Shown: positions 9,873 through 24,800 of the stretch, piece after piece
Layout of the letters: each line of letters opens with the position of its first letter
Position numbering within the stretch: the stretch's first letter is position 1
Source: Cenarchaeum sp.
GTDB lineage: Archaea > Thermoproteota > Nitrososphaeria > Nitrososphaerales > Nitrosopumilaceae
Assembly: GCA_965212015.1 (NCBI GenBank)
Contig: OZ243037.1
Span: 864,001-928,000 of the forward strand
DNA: 64,000 nucleotides
Reading direction: 5' to 3'
The notes under the pieces: generated by a model
The model's input: the letters and a program-made list of their open reading frames with translations, nothing else
Databases searched by the model: none
Told to the model about the DNA's origin: nothing
Program-made: the position numbers and the translations under genes

Positions 9873-11177
9873 CTACATGCCTGCAGAGAACCTTCCGGTT
9901 GCCTCAAGCATTGCCGCAATGTCTGCGCGCGTGTGCGCCCCGGATATGGCCCCCATCTTGCCTGGCAGAAAGAATATGCCGTCGCGCGTCATCATTTCAA
10001 AGTGGTACCTCCGCAAGAGTGCGGAATCGCACTCAGCCGCGTCTGCCGAGCTTTTAATGCCGTCATTTTCGCCCCGGGGAAAATGCGTCATAAACAGGGA
10101 TCCCCTTCCGGTGACTTTTGCCCGGCCGTCGAATAGTTTCGGTATCTCGCACCGGAGCTTCTCGCCCATGCCGTTGATTTTCGGATACAGCCGCGCCTTG
10201 TTTTTCTGCAGCACCTCAAGCGTGGCAGCACCCGCAGTCATTGTCGCGGGGTTTGCAGAAAACGTCCCGCCGCCAATGTAGGATCTCTCGGCCTTGCCAA
10301 GGCTGCTGGTGTTTGAGAGCTCCATTACCTCCTTTCTGCCGCAGATGACGCCGATTGAAAGTCCGCCGCCGGCTATTTTTCCCAGCAGTACAATGTCGGG
10401 ATCCAGCCGCATGCCCGGATACGCGCACCCGTACCCAAGGCGGAATCCCGTCACAATCTCATCAAGCAAAAACAGCGCGCCCTTTTTTTGCACAAACTCT
10501 TGTATTGCGCGCATATAGTCTGCGTCTGCCGGTATGCACCCCCCTCCCCCCAGCAGCGGCTCGATTACCGTGCACGCCAGGTCGTCGCCGACTGACTGCA
10601 GTATTTCAATAGAGCCCTCAATGTCGTTGTACGGCAGCGACACAATGTGATCCTCGTTTACAAGACCGCTGCTCTCCGGAACGTCAAACGGCCAGTTGAC
10701 AGTCTTTAGCAGCTCAGAGGTGTATCCGTGCCATCCCCCGTCAATCTTTGCCACTGTTTTTTTTCCGGTGTGCGAGCGCGCAAGCCGTACTGCATACATT
10801 GCAGCTTCTGTGCCCGACGAGACGTACCTTATCTTTTGCGCGGCGGGGACGGCACTTTGGATTAATTCGGACAGGCGCATGGTGGAGCTGTTTACGGTCC
10901 CGAACATCCATCCAGAGTCAAGCTGCCCTTTTAGCGCGGCCCTTACGGCCGGCGGTGCATGGCCCAGAATCAGGCTCCAGTGACCCATCCAATAATCCAC
11001 GTATCTGTTGGAATCGGCATCCGTCAGGTGCCTGCCCTTTGCCGATTCTGTGACAAACGGATACGGCTCAAAGAACCTAATGTTGTGATTCACCCCGTTT
11101 ACGTGGTATTTTTGCGATCTGGCAAAGATTTTGGCCGATCTTTTGGTCTTTTTCCTGTATTGGGCGATTATGTCCAT
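9873..11177 (-). CDS. hemL: glutamate-1-semialdehyde 2,1-aminomutase (class III aminotransferase)
   Basis: [22 protein letters not shown] and GGTFSANP motifs; sits next to the rRNA operon, as is typical in Thaumarchaeota. Confidence 0.9.
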   Translation of the reverse strand: MDIIAQYRKKTKRSAKIFARSQKYHVNGVNHNIRFFEPYPFVTESAKGRHLTDADSNRYVDYWMGHWSLILGHAPPAVRAALKGQLDSGWMFGTVNSSTMRLSELIQSAVPAAQKIRYVSSGTEAAMYAVRLARSHTGKKTVAKIDGGWHGYTSELLKTVNWPFDVPESSGLVNEDHIVSLPYNDIEGSIEILQSVGDDLACTVIEPLLGGGGCIPADADYMRAIQEFVQKKGALFLLDEIVTGFRLGYGCAYPGMRLDPDIVLLGKIAGGGLSIGVICGRKEVMELSNTSSLGKAERSYIGGGTFSANPATMTAGAATLEVLQKNKARLYPKINGMGEKLRCEIPKLFDGRAKVTGRGSLFMTHFPRGENDGIKSSADAAECDSALLRRYHFEMMTRDGIFFLPGKMGAISGAHTRADIAAMLEATGRFSAGM

Positions 11178-11381
11178 TTTGTGACTTTGCTGGCCTGCCC
11201 CATAATTTAATCGATCTGCGTTTCTAGGCATGGTTTATATGACTAGAATTAGTCCTTGCCTTTGCATACGTAACGCAAGAGCGGCGCTTGTGATGAAGTA
11301 TGGTAATGAACCATTTTATGATTCATGGGCCTCCAGTTACGCATACAAAATGAGGGTCTGATCAAGCGATCAAATCTGAAA

Positions 11382-12961
<1,580 letters not shown>

Positions 12962-13073
12962 ACCATCAAATGCAATGCGCCATGAAAGTGGTGTATGAAG
13001 GATGTAGCGGATCCCTCCCTTGGAGGATTTGCAATGATCGTCGTGTATAGTCGTGTAATATGTGGCTGAATAT

Positions 13074-16060
<2,987 letters not shown>

Positions 16061-16570
16061 GCTCAGCCACTTACATAGAGACTATACGCGACGATTCATT
16101 TTTTTTAGACCCCCAGCGGACGCTGTACGGATTCGTACCGTGTCGCGCATGATGCAAAGCTTCAACTGCCACAAACCAGATCAAAACCGCATACAATTGC
16201 AGCCGATTTGTTTGCGTGGCAGGAATCAAATGACTATGATAAACCAACACAAAATCTGAGGGTATTGGGTATTTCCCTATCTATCCTGCCACGGCATTAT
16301 ATTGGCGCAGGTCGTATTTTTGCTTTTTGTACAGCCGGATTTGCCGGCCCGGGCACATGCCCCGTCTGGTTCAGGACACGGTCAAACTATGGGGGCTGTC
16401 CTACCCAGGAAAGCACTATAGATTGAGATCTCTTGTAGTGGTTATTTGTGCGCCCGACTGGCGGGAATTGATTCCAAAATTGCATGCCTTGTTGCCAAAA
16501 AAATATCCAGACGCAATGTCTGTGCACGGCTTTCGCGCCAATGCGGCCGCAGTACGAGCGGTTCGAGATG

Positions 16571-17131
16571 CTATCTCTTGCGTGTTTCTGTCGTTGTGCG
16601 TGTTTTGCCCGCCTTTGGCCCGGTCTGCTTTCTCCCGGCCAGAATGTCTTTGTTCCTGCGCAGCTGCCGTCTTTTGGCGAGTTTTGGATCATACACCCAT
16701 ATTCGCTCCCTTCCGTTCCTCTTCATCCCGGGGTTTTCCCTCAATTCCTTCCGGCGCTTTTTTACCTCCGGCCTGCGCTGGTACTCCCTTTTGCGTTCCT
16801 TCGGATCAGTCGGTGTGCGCCCCCAGTATCGCGTCCTCCCATCCACCTTTGGCGGGAGGCCCAAAAAGAAAAAAAGTGGAATTTCTGACTGGCCCATCTC
16901 CCTTTGAAGCAGCGTTACGGGTTTTTTCTTGCGTGTCTTTTGTACAGTCTTGTTTTTCTGGCTGCGTGTTTTGGCGGGTTTTTTTACCGCCGGTTTTTTT
17001 CTCGCAGACTTGGGCCGTTTTTTTGCGGCAGGACTGGTGCCAGACTTGCCACGCAATGTCCTGGCCGATCCCTTGGATTTTGCGCCCGCCGACGTGTGAC
17101 GTCTTGTTTTGTGATCATTATGAAGTTTCAT
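16571..17131 (-). CDS. Lys/Arg-rich basic protein (H1-like N-terminus plus one YQRRPEVK unit)
   Basis: AAKKRPKSARKKPAVKKPAK stretch and KREYQRRPEVKKRR; ATG 17131 lies just after the upstream paralogue's stop. Confidence 0.55.
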   Translation of the reverse strand: MKLHNDHKTRRHTSAGAKSKGSARTLRGKSGTSPAAKKRPKSARKKPAVKKPAKTRSQKNKTVQKTRKKKPVTLLQREMGQSEIPLFFFLGLPPKVDGRTRYWGRTPTDPKERKREYQRRPEVKKRRKELRENPGMKRNGRERIWVYDPKLAKRRQLRRNKDILAGRKQTGPKAGKTRTTTETRKR

Positions 17132-17156
17132 GTCAGATTTACGGGCACGCCTGGTG

Positions 17157-17894
17157 TCAGCTATTCCTGCGCCCCCCTGTTCTGGGTTTTGCCCGGGATT
17201 TCCCGCGGGTTGTTTTTGCCTTCCGCTTGCGTGCCTTGACCAGAATCGCTTTCTTGTTTTTCTCATAGTATTTTTTGGCGTGTTTTTCACTTTGCTTTTT
17301 TACCTCCGGCCTCTGGCGGTATTCCATGTCATACTCCCTCTTGCGCCTCTTTATTTCCGGCCTCTGGTTGTATTTTTGTAGGCGGCTTTTGATCTCCGGC
17401 CTCTGGCGGTATTCCCTGAGGTGCCTTTGCACTTCTGGCTTGAGATAGTATTTTTTTAGGCGCCTTTTGACCTCCGGCTTTTGGTTGTACTTTCTGCTGT
17501 ACTCCCTGTACCGTTTCTTTATCTCCGGCCTTTGCATCCATTTCTTCTTGCGCGCCTTGACCTCAGGCTTTTGGTTGTACTTTCTGCTGTACTCCCTGTA
17601 CCGTTTCTTTATCTCCGGCCTTTGCATCCATTTCTTCTTGCGCGCCTTGACCTCCGGCCTCTGGTTGTACTCTTTGCGGTATTTCTTTGCGCGCCTCTTC
17701 ACTTCCGGCCTCTGGTTGTTTCTTTTCACATATTCCATGTGGCGTCGCCTTGCCTCCGGCTTTTGGAGGTATTTTTTCATGTATTCGCGCTGGTATTTCC
17801 TGCGCCTTTCCAGCCTTTCCTTGGCCGATTTTCCGGTATTTGCCAACATGTTGCGTTTTATTTTGTAATTATTATTTGTGGTGTTTTTGCGCAT
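17157..17894 (-). CDS. highly basic Y-x-Q-[RK]-P-E-[VI]-K repeat protein
   Basis: About 11 QRPEVK-like units in 245 aa. Confidence 0.7.
   Translation of the reverse strand: MRKNTTNNNYKIKRNMLANTGKSAKERLERRRKYQREYMKKYLQKPEARRRHMEYVKRNNQRPEVKRRAKKYRKEYNQRPEVKARKKKWMQRPEIKKRYREYSRKYNQKPEVKARKKKWMQRPEIKKRYREYSRKYNQKPEVKRRLKKYYLKPEVQRHLREYRQRPEIKSRLQKYNQRPEIKRRKREYDMEYRQRPEVKKQSEKHAKKYYEKNKKAILVKARKRKAKTTRGKSRAKPRTGGRRNS
17467..17672. repeat. 90-bp tandem duplication (about 2.3 copies) inside the basic repeat gene
   Basis: Near-identical units start at 17467, 17557 and 17647 (30 aa each). Confidence 0.9.
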
Positions 17895-17945
17895 GGGGAA
17901 CTGTTCATGTGTGATCGGGGTTTTGTGCCAGAAACGCGAGCCGGA

Positions 17946-18134
17946 TTACTTTGACCGGGCCAGATAGCACGTATGGCATATCAGGCCCTCTATGTACCGC
18001 TCGCCTATATAGTCCCTGTATCGGCAGGTGTGATCCTTGCGGTCACAAAAGTCACAGCATCCAAAATTGCCGAAAAACACGAGTATCTCACGATCGGATA
18101 GCTTTCTCGAGAGCAGTTCCCTGAGATTTTGCAC
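17946..18134 (-). CDS. small Cys-rich (CCDFC...CHTC) protein
   Basis: Two CxxC pairs; co-oriented upstream of the basic proteins. Confidence 0.5.
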   Translation of the reverse strand: MQNLRELLSRKLSDREILVFFGNFGCCDFCDRKDHTCRYRDYIGERYIEGLICHTCYLARSK

Positions 18135-18332
18135 AGGAATGTTGTGTCTGCACGGCTATTTGTGTCTGGTGCGCAGGTGGAGCATATGGGCGCGTGAGAA
18201 AACGCGTCTAATCCCGCAGGTCTGGAACGGAATCCGTTTTTGTCGTCGATTCACAGGCCGGGTTTACAGGGGGACGGACTCGTAGTCTCCAGTCATTGTG
18301 CTTTGTTTTAATAACGGTGCGGCCGCATACCG

Positions 18333-19439
18333 TTGTTGAATCCCGGCATGGCAGTATTGATTGGCGCGGTGTTTTTGAGCGTCGGTGCGGCATACTCCCA
18401 AAATGACGTCCCAGGGTGGGTCACAGAGGTCATTGGGTACTGGCAGGATGACAAAATTACGAATCAGGAATTCAAGGAGGCAATGGACTATCTTATGGAG
18501 AGAGGCGTGGTTCCAGCTCTTATGGCAGTCTCAGCCGAAGGCGGGTCTGCCACGGGGTCAGAAAAAATGATCGAGCCACTGTGTGATATCGGCACAGAGT
18601 ATGACGGGATCAAAAACGAATGCGTCGAAATCGAGAATTATAGGTTTGGTGCCACAATACTGTTTGATCAGCTAGTCTATACGTGGACCGACAAGGCATA
18701 CATTACCATTATTGCACCCAATCACAATCTTGATGCAGATTTGATCGAGGAGATCGGGGCTGGAAAAAACACGCTGAGGATCACCACAAGCACGGGCGAT
18801 CTTGACCGCTACAGGCTAGTCGAGACGGGGCCCAATACCGGCATATTTGCAGGCGAGTTTATCCTTGCCGGCTTTTTGCATGACGCTGACGGCGACCCTA
18901 CCACGGGCAACGACCTGGGACAGGATGTCGGCGAGGCCATACCGGCAGATTACAAATCCGACGGACTGGGCCCCTCTGACGGACTGTTGCCGGCTGCAAA
19001 AGAGGACGGCATAGCAGCATACTTTGAGTTTGACAAGGACGAATCCGTGGTAAGCTCTGCCCTTGTAAGGTGGAATCTGGGCGAGATCAGCTGGCTTGAG
19101 CCACCAAATGCAGGGTCAGGCGCGGTGCGCGTAATTGATCCGGACATGAACTGGGATCCGGAGGCAGTCGATGTATTTCATGTTATGGTTTATTCCGACA
19201 GCGACATGCTGGGCTGGGAGGTTAACGTGATTGAGACCGGTTTGAGTACCGGCATATTTGAGGGATATGTACGGCTTACAGAGAGAGGCGACTCTGGACC
19301 AATAGTTGCCAATGGCGACACGATTACGGCAGTATACACCGACCACACGCTTCCCAACATGCCCGGCGAGATAAATGCACTCTCAGACAAAAAGGAGATT
19401 GTCGACACGATGATTTTCACCAGTCCCGCCGGCACATGA
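18333..19439 (+). CDS. secreted S-layer-like protein with thaumarchaeal PxW...W...I...Y-L domain
   Basis: Signal peptide, VPGWVTEVIGYWQDDKITNQEF domain, two ETGxxTGIFxG repeats. Confidence 0.8.
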   Translation: MLNPGMAVLIGAVFLSVGAAYSQNDVPGWVTEVIGYWQDDKITNQEFKEAMDYLMERGVVPALMAVSAEGGSATGSEKMIEPLCDIGTEYDGIKNECVEIENYRFGATILFDQLVYTWTDKAYITIIAPNHNLDADLIEEIGAGKNTLRITTSTGDLDRYRLVETGPNTGIFAGEFILAGFLHDADGDPTTGNDLGQDVGEAIPADYKSDGLGPSDGLLPAAKEDGIAAYFEFDKDESVVSSALVRWNLGEISWLEPPNAGSGAVRVIDPDMNWDPEAVDVFHVMVYSDSDMLGWEVNVIETGLSTGIFEGYVRLTERGDSGPIVANGDTITAVYTDHTLPNMPGEINALSDKKEIVDTMIFTSPAGT

Positions 19440-19578
19440 GTCCCAAGGTCCGGGATCTAATCGTGCAGGTTTGCCGCCGGTACAATTGATGCGCGCATTG
19501 CACATGTAACGGCATGGCTTTTGGAATGCGTCCCACAGGATAGAACGAGATATATAATTTCATGCCCCCGCGTACTGT

Positions 19579-19902
19579 ATGAAAACATACCGTATAAGTG
19601 CAGAAAAAGTACTTGCATGCGGGCCGCTAGAGAGCATGTTTCCGTGCTCTAGTACAAAGATTCTCGACTTTTTACTGGTGCACTCAGAGTATGACTATTC
19701 GATATCCGATCTCGCAAGGTTTTCCGGAGTGTCCGTCAAGTCGGCCCTCAGGGAGGTCAGCATGCTAATGGATATGGGGATTCTAAAAAAACCCAGAATA
19801 GTGGGAAAGGCAGAATCATACCGCGTGTCCCGTACCTCCGCCCTTGCCCGGCAGATAAACAGGATGGCAATAAACATCACAATGCAAAGGTATTCGCACT
19901 AG
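19579..19902 (+). CDS. winged helix-turn-helix protein
   Basis: KILDFLL...YSISDLARFSGVSVKSA...VGKAESYRV. Confidence 0.8.
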   Translation: MKTYRISAEKVLACGPLESMFPCSSTKILDFLLVHSEYDYSISDLARFSGVSVKSALREVSMLMDMGILKKPRIVGKAESYRVSRTSALARQINRMAINITMQRYSH

Positions 19903-20476
19903 CCTTGGCTGCAACACGTAGCCATTGATCCTACCTGCGATAATCCATGTGCGTTGCCACATGGTGCGCGGCACATAGACGCTGCATATCACACCAGTCC
20001 TCGACTGGCATGAATCTCTTGCCATGGTTCGGCTCTGTCAGAGAGCGTGTCTATCTGGCAGCTGTTAATCCCAATCCTCCAAATATTCGGGAACGCATGA
20101 ATTCCCATTGTGCGTTAAAATTGAATTGGTCCAGAATCCATGCTGCCCTCGGTACCACCGTTATGCCATGGTCAACGTTAGTCCGAAGGATACAGATTCT
20201 GGCACATTTCCCATGATATAGCATTATAAAAATTTATCTCAGACGGCACTGTAAAGTTGATGTGTTTTGTATGCCAGATTATGCGTAACCACACCTATCA
20301 AAGACATGCAGTCTTTTTACTTTACACGACTACAAAGACTGCATCCTTCTGATCGACTATACATGATCCGAAAAATGCAAAAAAACGCGCAGCTCAGACA
20401 GTCTTGGGTATAATTCCCAAATGGCAACAGACTGTTTTAATCTCGCACGAACTTTTGCGCACCCATAGTTTGGCGG

Positions 20477-21748
20477 TCAGATCTCTAGTATTCCCTGCGA
20501 CACCAGATACTGCAGTGCCTTGATATAGTCAGAGTCAGATATCTGCCCGGCGGCCCACCACTCTGCATTCTTTTTTATCCATTCGGGAATCACATACTCC
20601 TCTGGCCGGTCCTGCGGCGCCTGATCCCCGTATCCGTCCCAGATTATATTCCCGTCATAGCTTATCTGCGAGAGGCCGCGCAGGCCGACGTCTGCCACGC
20701 CTTCAGAGATTGGCACGTATAACAGCGAGGCCGAATATTCCTGCCCGTCAGTTATCATCCAGTGCATCAGGTGTATTAACGCCTGCGCCTTTTGGAGTGA
20801 GTCGACTATCTGCGTCAAGTCGTCATACACCAAAAGATACGTAAAGCTGGATATCGGGTACGAGTCCTCGCCGGGGGCATTTACCAGCGTGACTGCACTC
20901 CAGTCGTCGCCGGCTGCCGGCAAGTTTCCTGCAAGGCCTTCGGATGCTGCGCGTATGGAGTCAAGTGTCGGCTCTATGAACGTGCCGTGCGCGTTTTGAA
21001 TGTACGCAAAGGACATTTTGGTCTGAAACGCGTACGCCAGCTCTACGTATCCCAGCGTGTACGGCGTGTTGCGCACTATACCTGCCACGCCCTCGTTTCC
21101 CGCCGATCCCACAAGCGTGGCCGCACCGTCAGGAATGCCGCTCCAGGGCACGTTCTTTCCCTTTCCCACATGTTTGTCAAATTCCGGGCTGATTGCAACG
21201 AGATAGTCGGTAAAGACAAATGTGGTGCCAGAGCCGTCTGAGCGGTGCACCGCTATAATGTCTTCGTCAGGCAGTCCTGCGCCCTCGTTGATCTCTAGTA
21301 TCCGGGGATCGTTCCATTTTGTAATCTTGCCAAGGTAAATGTCCGCTATGATGGGGCCCGTAAGGTGCAGGCCCTTTTGGGGGTATTCTGGAATGTTATA
21401 TGCCGCCACCACGCCGCCAATTGACTCTGGAATGTGAATCGTGCCGGGGGCAAGTGCAAGCTCGGACTGCTTCATCGGGGCGTCAGAGGCCGCAAAGTCT
21501 ACCGTTCCCTCGATGTGCTGTGTAATCCCCCCTCCGCTTCCGACTGACTGGTAGTTGAGGCGAATGTCAGAGTACTGCTTGCCGTATTCCACCCTCCACA
21601 AATCTATGAGCGGGTACGGAAATGTGGCGCCTGCCCCGTTAATGGTATAGTCAATCTCCGGCAGTATGGGCGCCGATTCCGCCGCTGCGTACGCAGGCAC
21701 CATTACCAGAATGACTGACAGTAAAACGCACGCTCGTCCTGCCTTCAT
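20477..21748 (-). CDS. pstS: phosphate ABC transporter substrate-binding protein
   Basis: GAGATFPYP, YQSVGSGGG, DFAASDA and RSDGSGTT motifs; C-terminal IPEWIKKNAEWW domain. Confidence 0.95.
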   Translation of the reverse strand: MKAGRACVLLSVILVMVPAYAAAESAPILPEIDYTINGAGATFPYPLIDLWRVEYGKQYSDIRLNYQSVGSGGGITQHIEGTVDFAASDAPMKQSELALAPGTIHIPESIGGVVAAYNIPEYPQKGLHLTGPIIADIYLGKITKWNDPRILEINEGAGLPDEDIIAVHRSDGSGTTFVFTDYLVAISPEFDKHVGKGKNVPWSGIPDGAATLVGSAGNEGVAGIVRNTPYTLGYVELAYAFQTKMSFAYIQNAHGTFIEPTLDSIRAASEGLAGNLPAAGDDWSAVTLVNAPGEDSYPISSFTYLLVYDDLTQIVDSLQKAQALIHLMHWMITDGQEYSASLLYVPISEGVADVGLRGLSQISYDGNIIWDGYGDQAPQDRPEEYVIPEWIKKNAEWWAAGQISDSDYIKALQYLVSQGILEI

Positions 21749-21829
21749 GGTGTGGATGTGGGATGTTCCGTATTTACGAATTCCAGTCATAGACTACGTG
21801 TGAATAACGTATTACCGTATTCTATATAG

Positions 21830-24800
21830 TTAGGACTCGCACTTTACCTGCACGTCGCCTGTTCCGGCATGACATGTGTCATAATCGTCGCCGCCGTCGA
21901 TTACGTCGGTGCCCGAGCCGCCAGAGATGGAGTCGTTGCCGGAATTTCCCTTTAGTATGTCGTTGCCACCGCCCCCGCGTATGCCGTCATCGCCCTGCTG
22001 GCCGAATATAATGTCGTCGCCCTCGCCCCCGAATATGCAGTCGTTTCCGCCGTGGCCAGACACCGTGTCATCGCCGCCCAGGGCAAATACCAGGTCGGGC
22101 AGCGGCGTGCCCGTTATGACGTCGTCTGCCGGGCTTGACTGTATGGTGTTATAGTATTCTATGGGCCTGCCGCAGGCCTGCACGTCAATGTTCTGGGTGT
22201 GCGATATCGTGTTTCCAAGCACGTCCGTGCCAGTCCAGGTTATTACGGTCAGGCCGAGCGGGAATAGTTCCGGTGCATCGTGCGTGACTGTCGGATTCGG
22301 GTCAGTCAGGTCAGTCACAGTCGCATTGCCAATGTCCACTGCGGTATCCAGGGATGTGGCATCAATTATTATGTCGTGCGGAATTGCAAGCTCTGGCGGC
22401 GCAGTGTCAATTACGGACACTGTCTGTGTAATACTAGCCGCGTTTCCGTCCTGGTCTGTGGCAGTCCATATTACGGTGGTGTTGCCAAGCGGGAATAGTT
22501 CCGGTGCGTCATTATACAGGGACTCTATTCCTATAATGTCTGCGGCATCAGCCGTTCCTATATCTATCTGGTTTGCCCCAAGTGTGGTGGCCTGTACGGT
22601 TATGTCAGCCGGCGGCGTAATCTCTGGCGGCGTGGTGTCAATTACCGTTACCATCTGGGTTGCAGCCGCGCTGTTCTGGCCGTCAGTTGCGTTCCACGTC
22701 ACAACGGTGAGGCCGTACGGAAATGCCGCCGGGGCGTCATTGGATACTGACAGCACGCCCACAATGTCATCAGCTACAGCCACTCCAATGTCGGCAGTAT
22801 TCCCCGATACGGATGACGCCTCCAGTATGAGGTCCGGCGGGGCCTCAATTACGGGCGGGGTTGTATCAGTAATGGTTACAGTCTGCCTTGCAGTCGCGGT
22901 GTTTTGCGACGCATCCTCCACACTCCACGTTACCGTGGTCTGTCCGGGCATGAACAGCTCTGGTGCGTCATTTGTTATTGTCATTGAATAAATGTCATTT
23001 GCAATCGGCTCTAATAGCTGGATTGCATTGCCGTCCGGTATGGCCTCCTGCCTGACGTTTGCAGGCGCCGTAACCGTGGGCGGCGTCGTGTCAGTAATGG
23101 TTACAGTCTGCTCTGCACTGGCGGAATTTCCAGCAGAGTCAAGCGCAGTCCAGGTTATTACGGTGCTGCCAAGCTGGAATGATTCTGGTGCGTCGCTTGT
23201 AACGGACTCGACGCCCACAATGTCCGAGGCTGCTGCATCTTTTAGCGGTATGGCGTTGTCTAGCGATATTGACTCCAGTGTAATGTCTGCCGGCGGCGCA
23301 ATCTCTGGCGGTACTGTATCAGTTATGGTTATTGTCTGCACCGCCTGTGCGGTGTTTCCTGCGGCATCACCCGCAGTCCAGGTTATTACGGTCCGGCCCG
23401 GAGGGAACGATTCGGGTGCGTCGTTTTGAATGTATTTTATTCCCACAGCGTCCTCGGCGGCAGCAAAGCCCGCATCAATTATCGATAGCGGGCCTGTCGC
23501 CTCGTGTGTAATGTCAGATGGTGGGACAATTACAGGCGGAATTGTATCAGTTACGATTATTTCCTGTACGGCAGTGGCGGCATTGCCGTGCGAGTCCGTT
23601 CCGGTCCACGTCACCATTGTGCTGCCAATCGGAAACATGTCCGGGGCGTCATTTGTTATAATGGATGCGCCCGCACCGTCAGTCGCAGTCGCATCGCCAA
23701 TTAATGGTGTAGCGCCGTCCGGGCCGGCAGCTTCTGCCGTAACGTTTTGCGGCGCCGTGATTTGTGGCGGCGTCGTGTCAGTAATCAGCACTGTCTGCAC
23801 GTCGGATGCGGAATTGCCCGACGTGTCAGTGGCGCTCCACGTAACGGTGGTAGCCCCGATCATGTATGATGCCGGCGCGTCGCTGGTAACTGTTACTACG
23901 CCTATTGCGTCGCTTGCCTCAGGCACTCCAAGCTCCACAAGGTTTTCTGCACCGATTGCCTCCGATATTACGTCGGCAGGCGCAGTAATTGCCGGCGGCG
24001 TGGTGTCTATCACCGTTACGGTCTGTATGACGCTTGCCGCGTTTGCATAGTCATCCAGTATGGTCCAGGTTACTATAGTGTCCCCAAGCGGGAATGATTC
24101 CGGCGCGTCGCTTGTTATCTGTGCAATTCCCGTAGCGTCGCTTGCCGTAATGTTGCCCAGGTTTACCGCATTATCCGGGCCTTTTGCCTCTGCCACCACA
24201 TTTTTTATCTGCGCGACAGGCGGCGTCGTGTCCACTATGGATACAATCTGTATTGCGCGGGCTGCATTGCCGCCGGCATCAGTGGCAGTCCAGGTCACCA
24301 TGGTGTCGCCCAGAAGGAACGACGCAGGCGCGTCGCTTGTAATGGATACGGCCTGAATGTCTGCCACATCTGGCAGTCCGGTGTCTAAAACGTTGGAATC
24401 GGCAGATACGGCCTCAGATGTTATATCGTCGGGCGCAGTAATCTGTGGCGGCGTGGTGTCCTGTATGGTTACCAGCTGCTTCGCAGTGGCGGTGTTTCCC
24501 GCAGAGTCTGCCGCAGTCCACGTGACTGTCGTGTTTCCCAGCCCGAATGTGGGCGGCGCATTGCTAGTCACCGAGGTTATCAGGCCGCTGTCAGTCACGC
24601 GCGGCTTGCCCAGCTCTATTGTATTCTCGGGTGACTCTGCCTCGTACAGTATGTCCTGCGGGGCCGTAATGCGCGGCACGGTTGTATCCGTTATATCCAC
24701 CCTCTGCACCGCAAAGGCGGTATTGCCGGCAATGTCAGTAATGGTCCACGTTACGGCAGTCCTGCCAATCGGGAATGATTCGGGCGCATCATTACTAATG

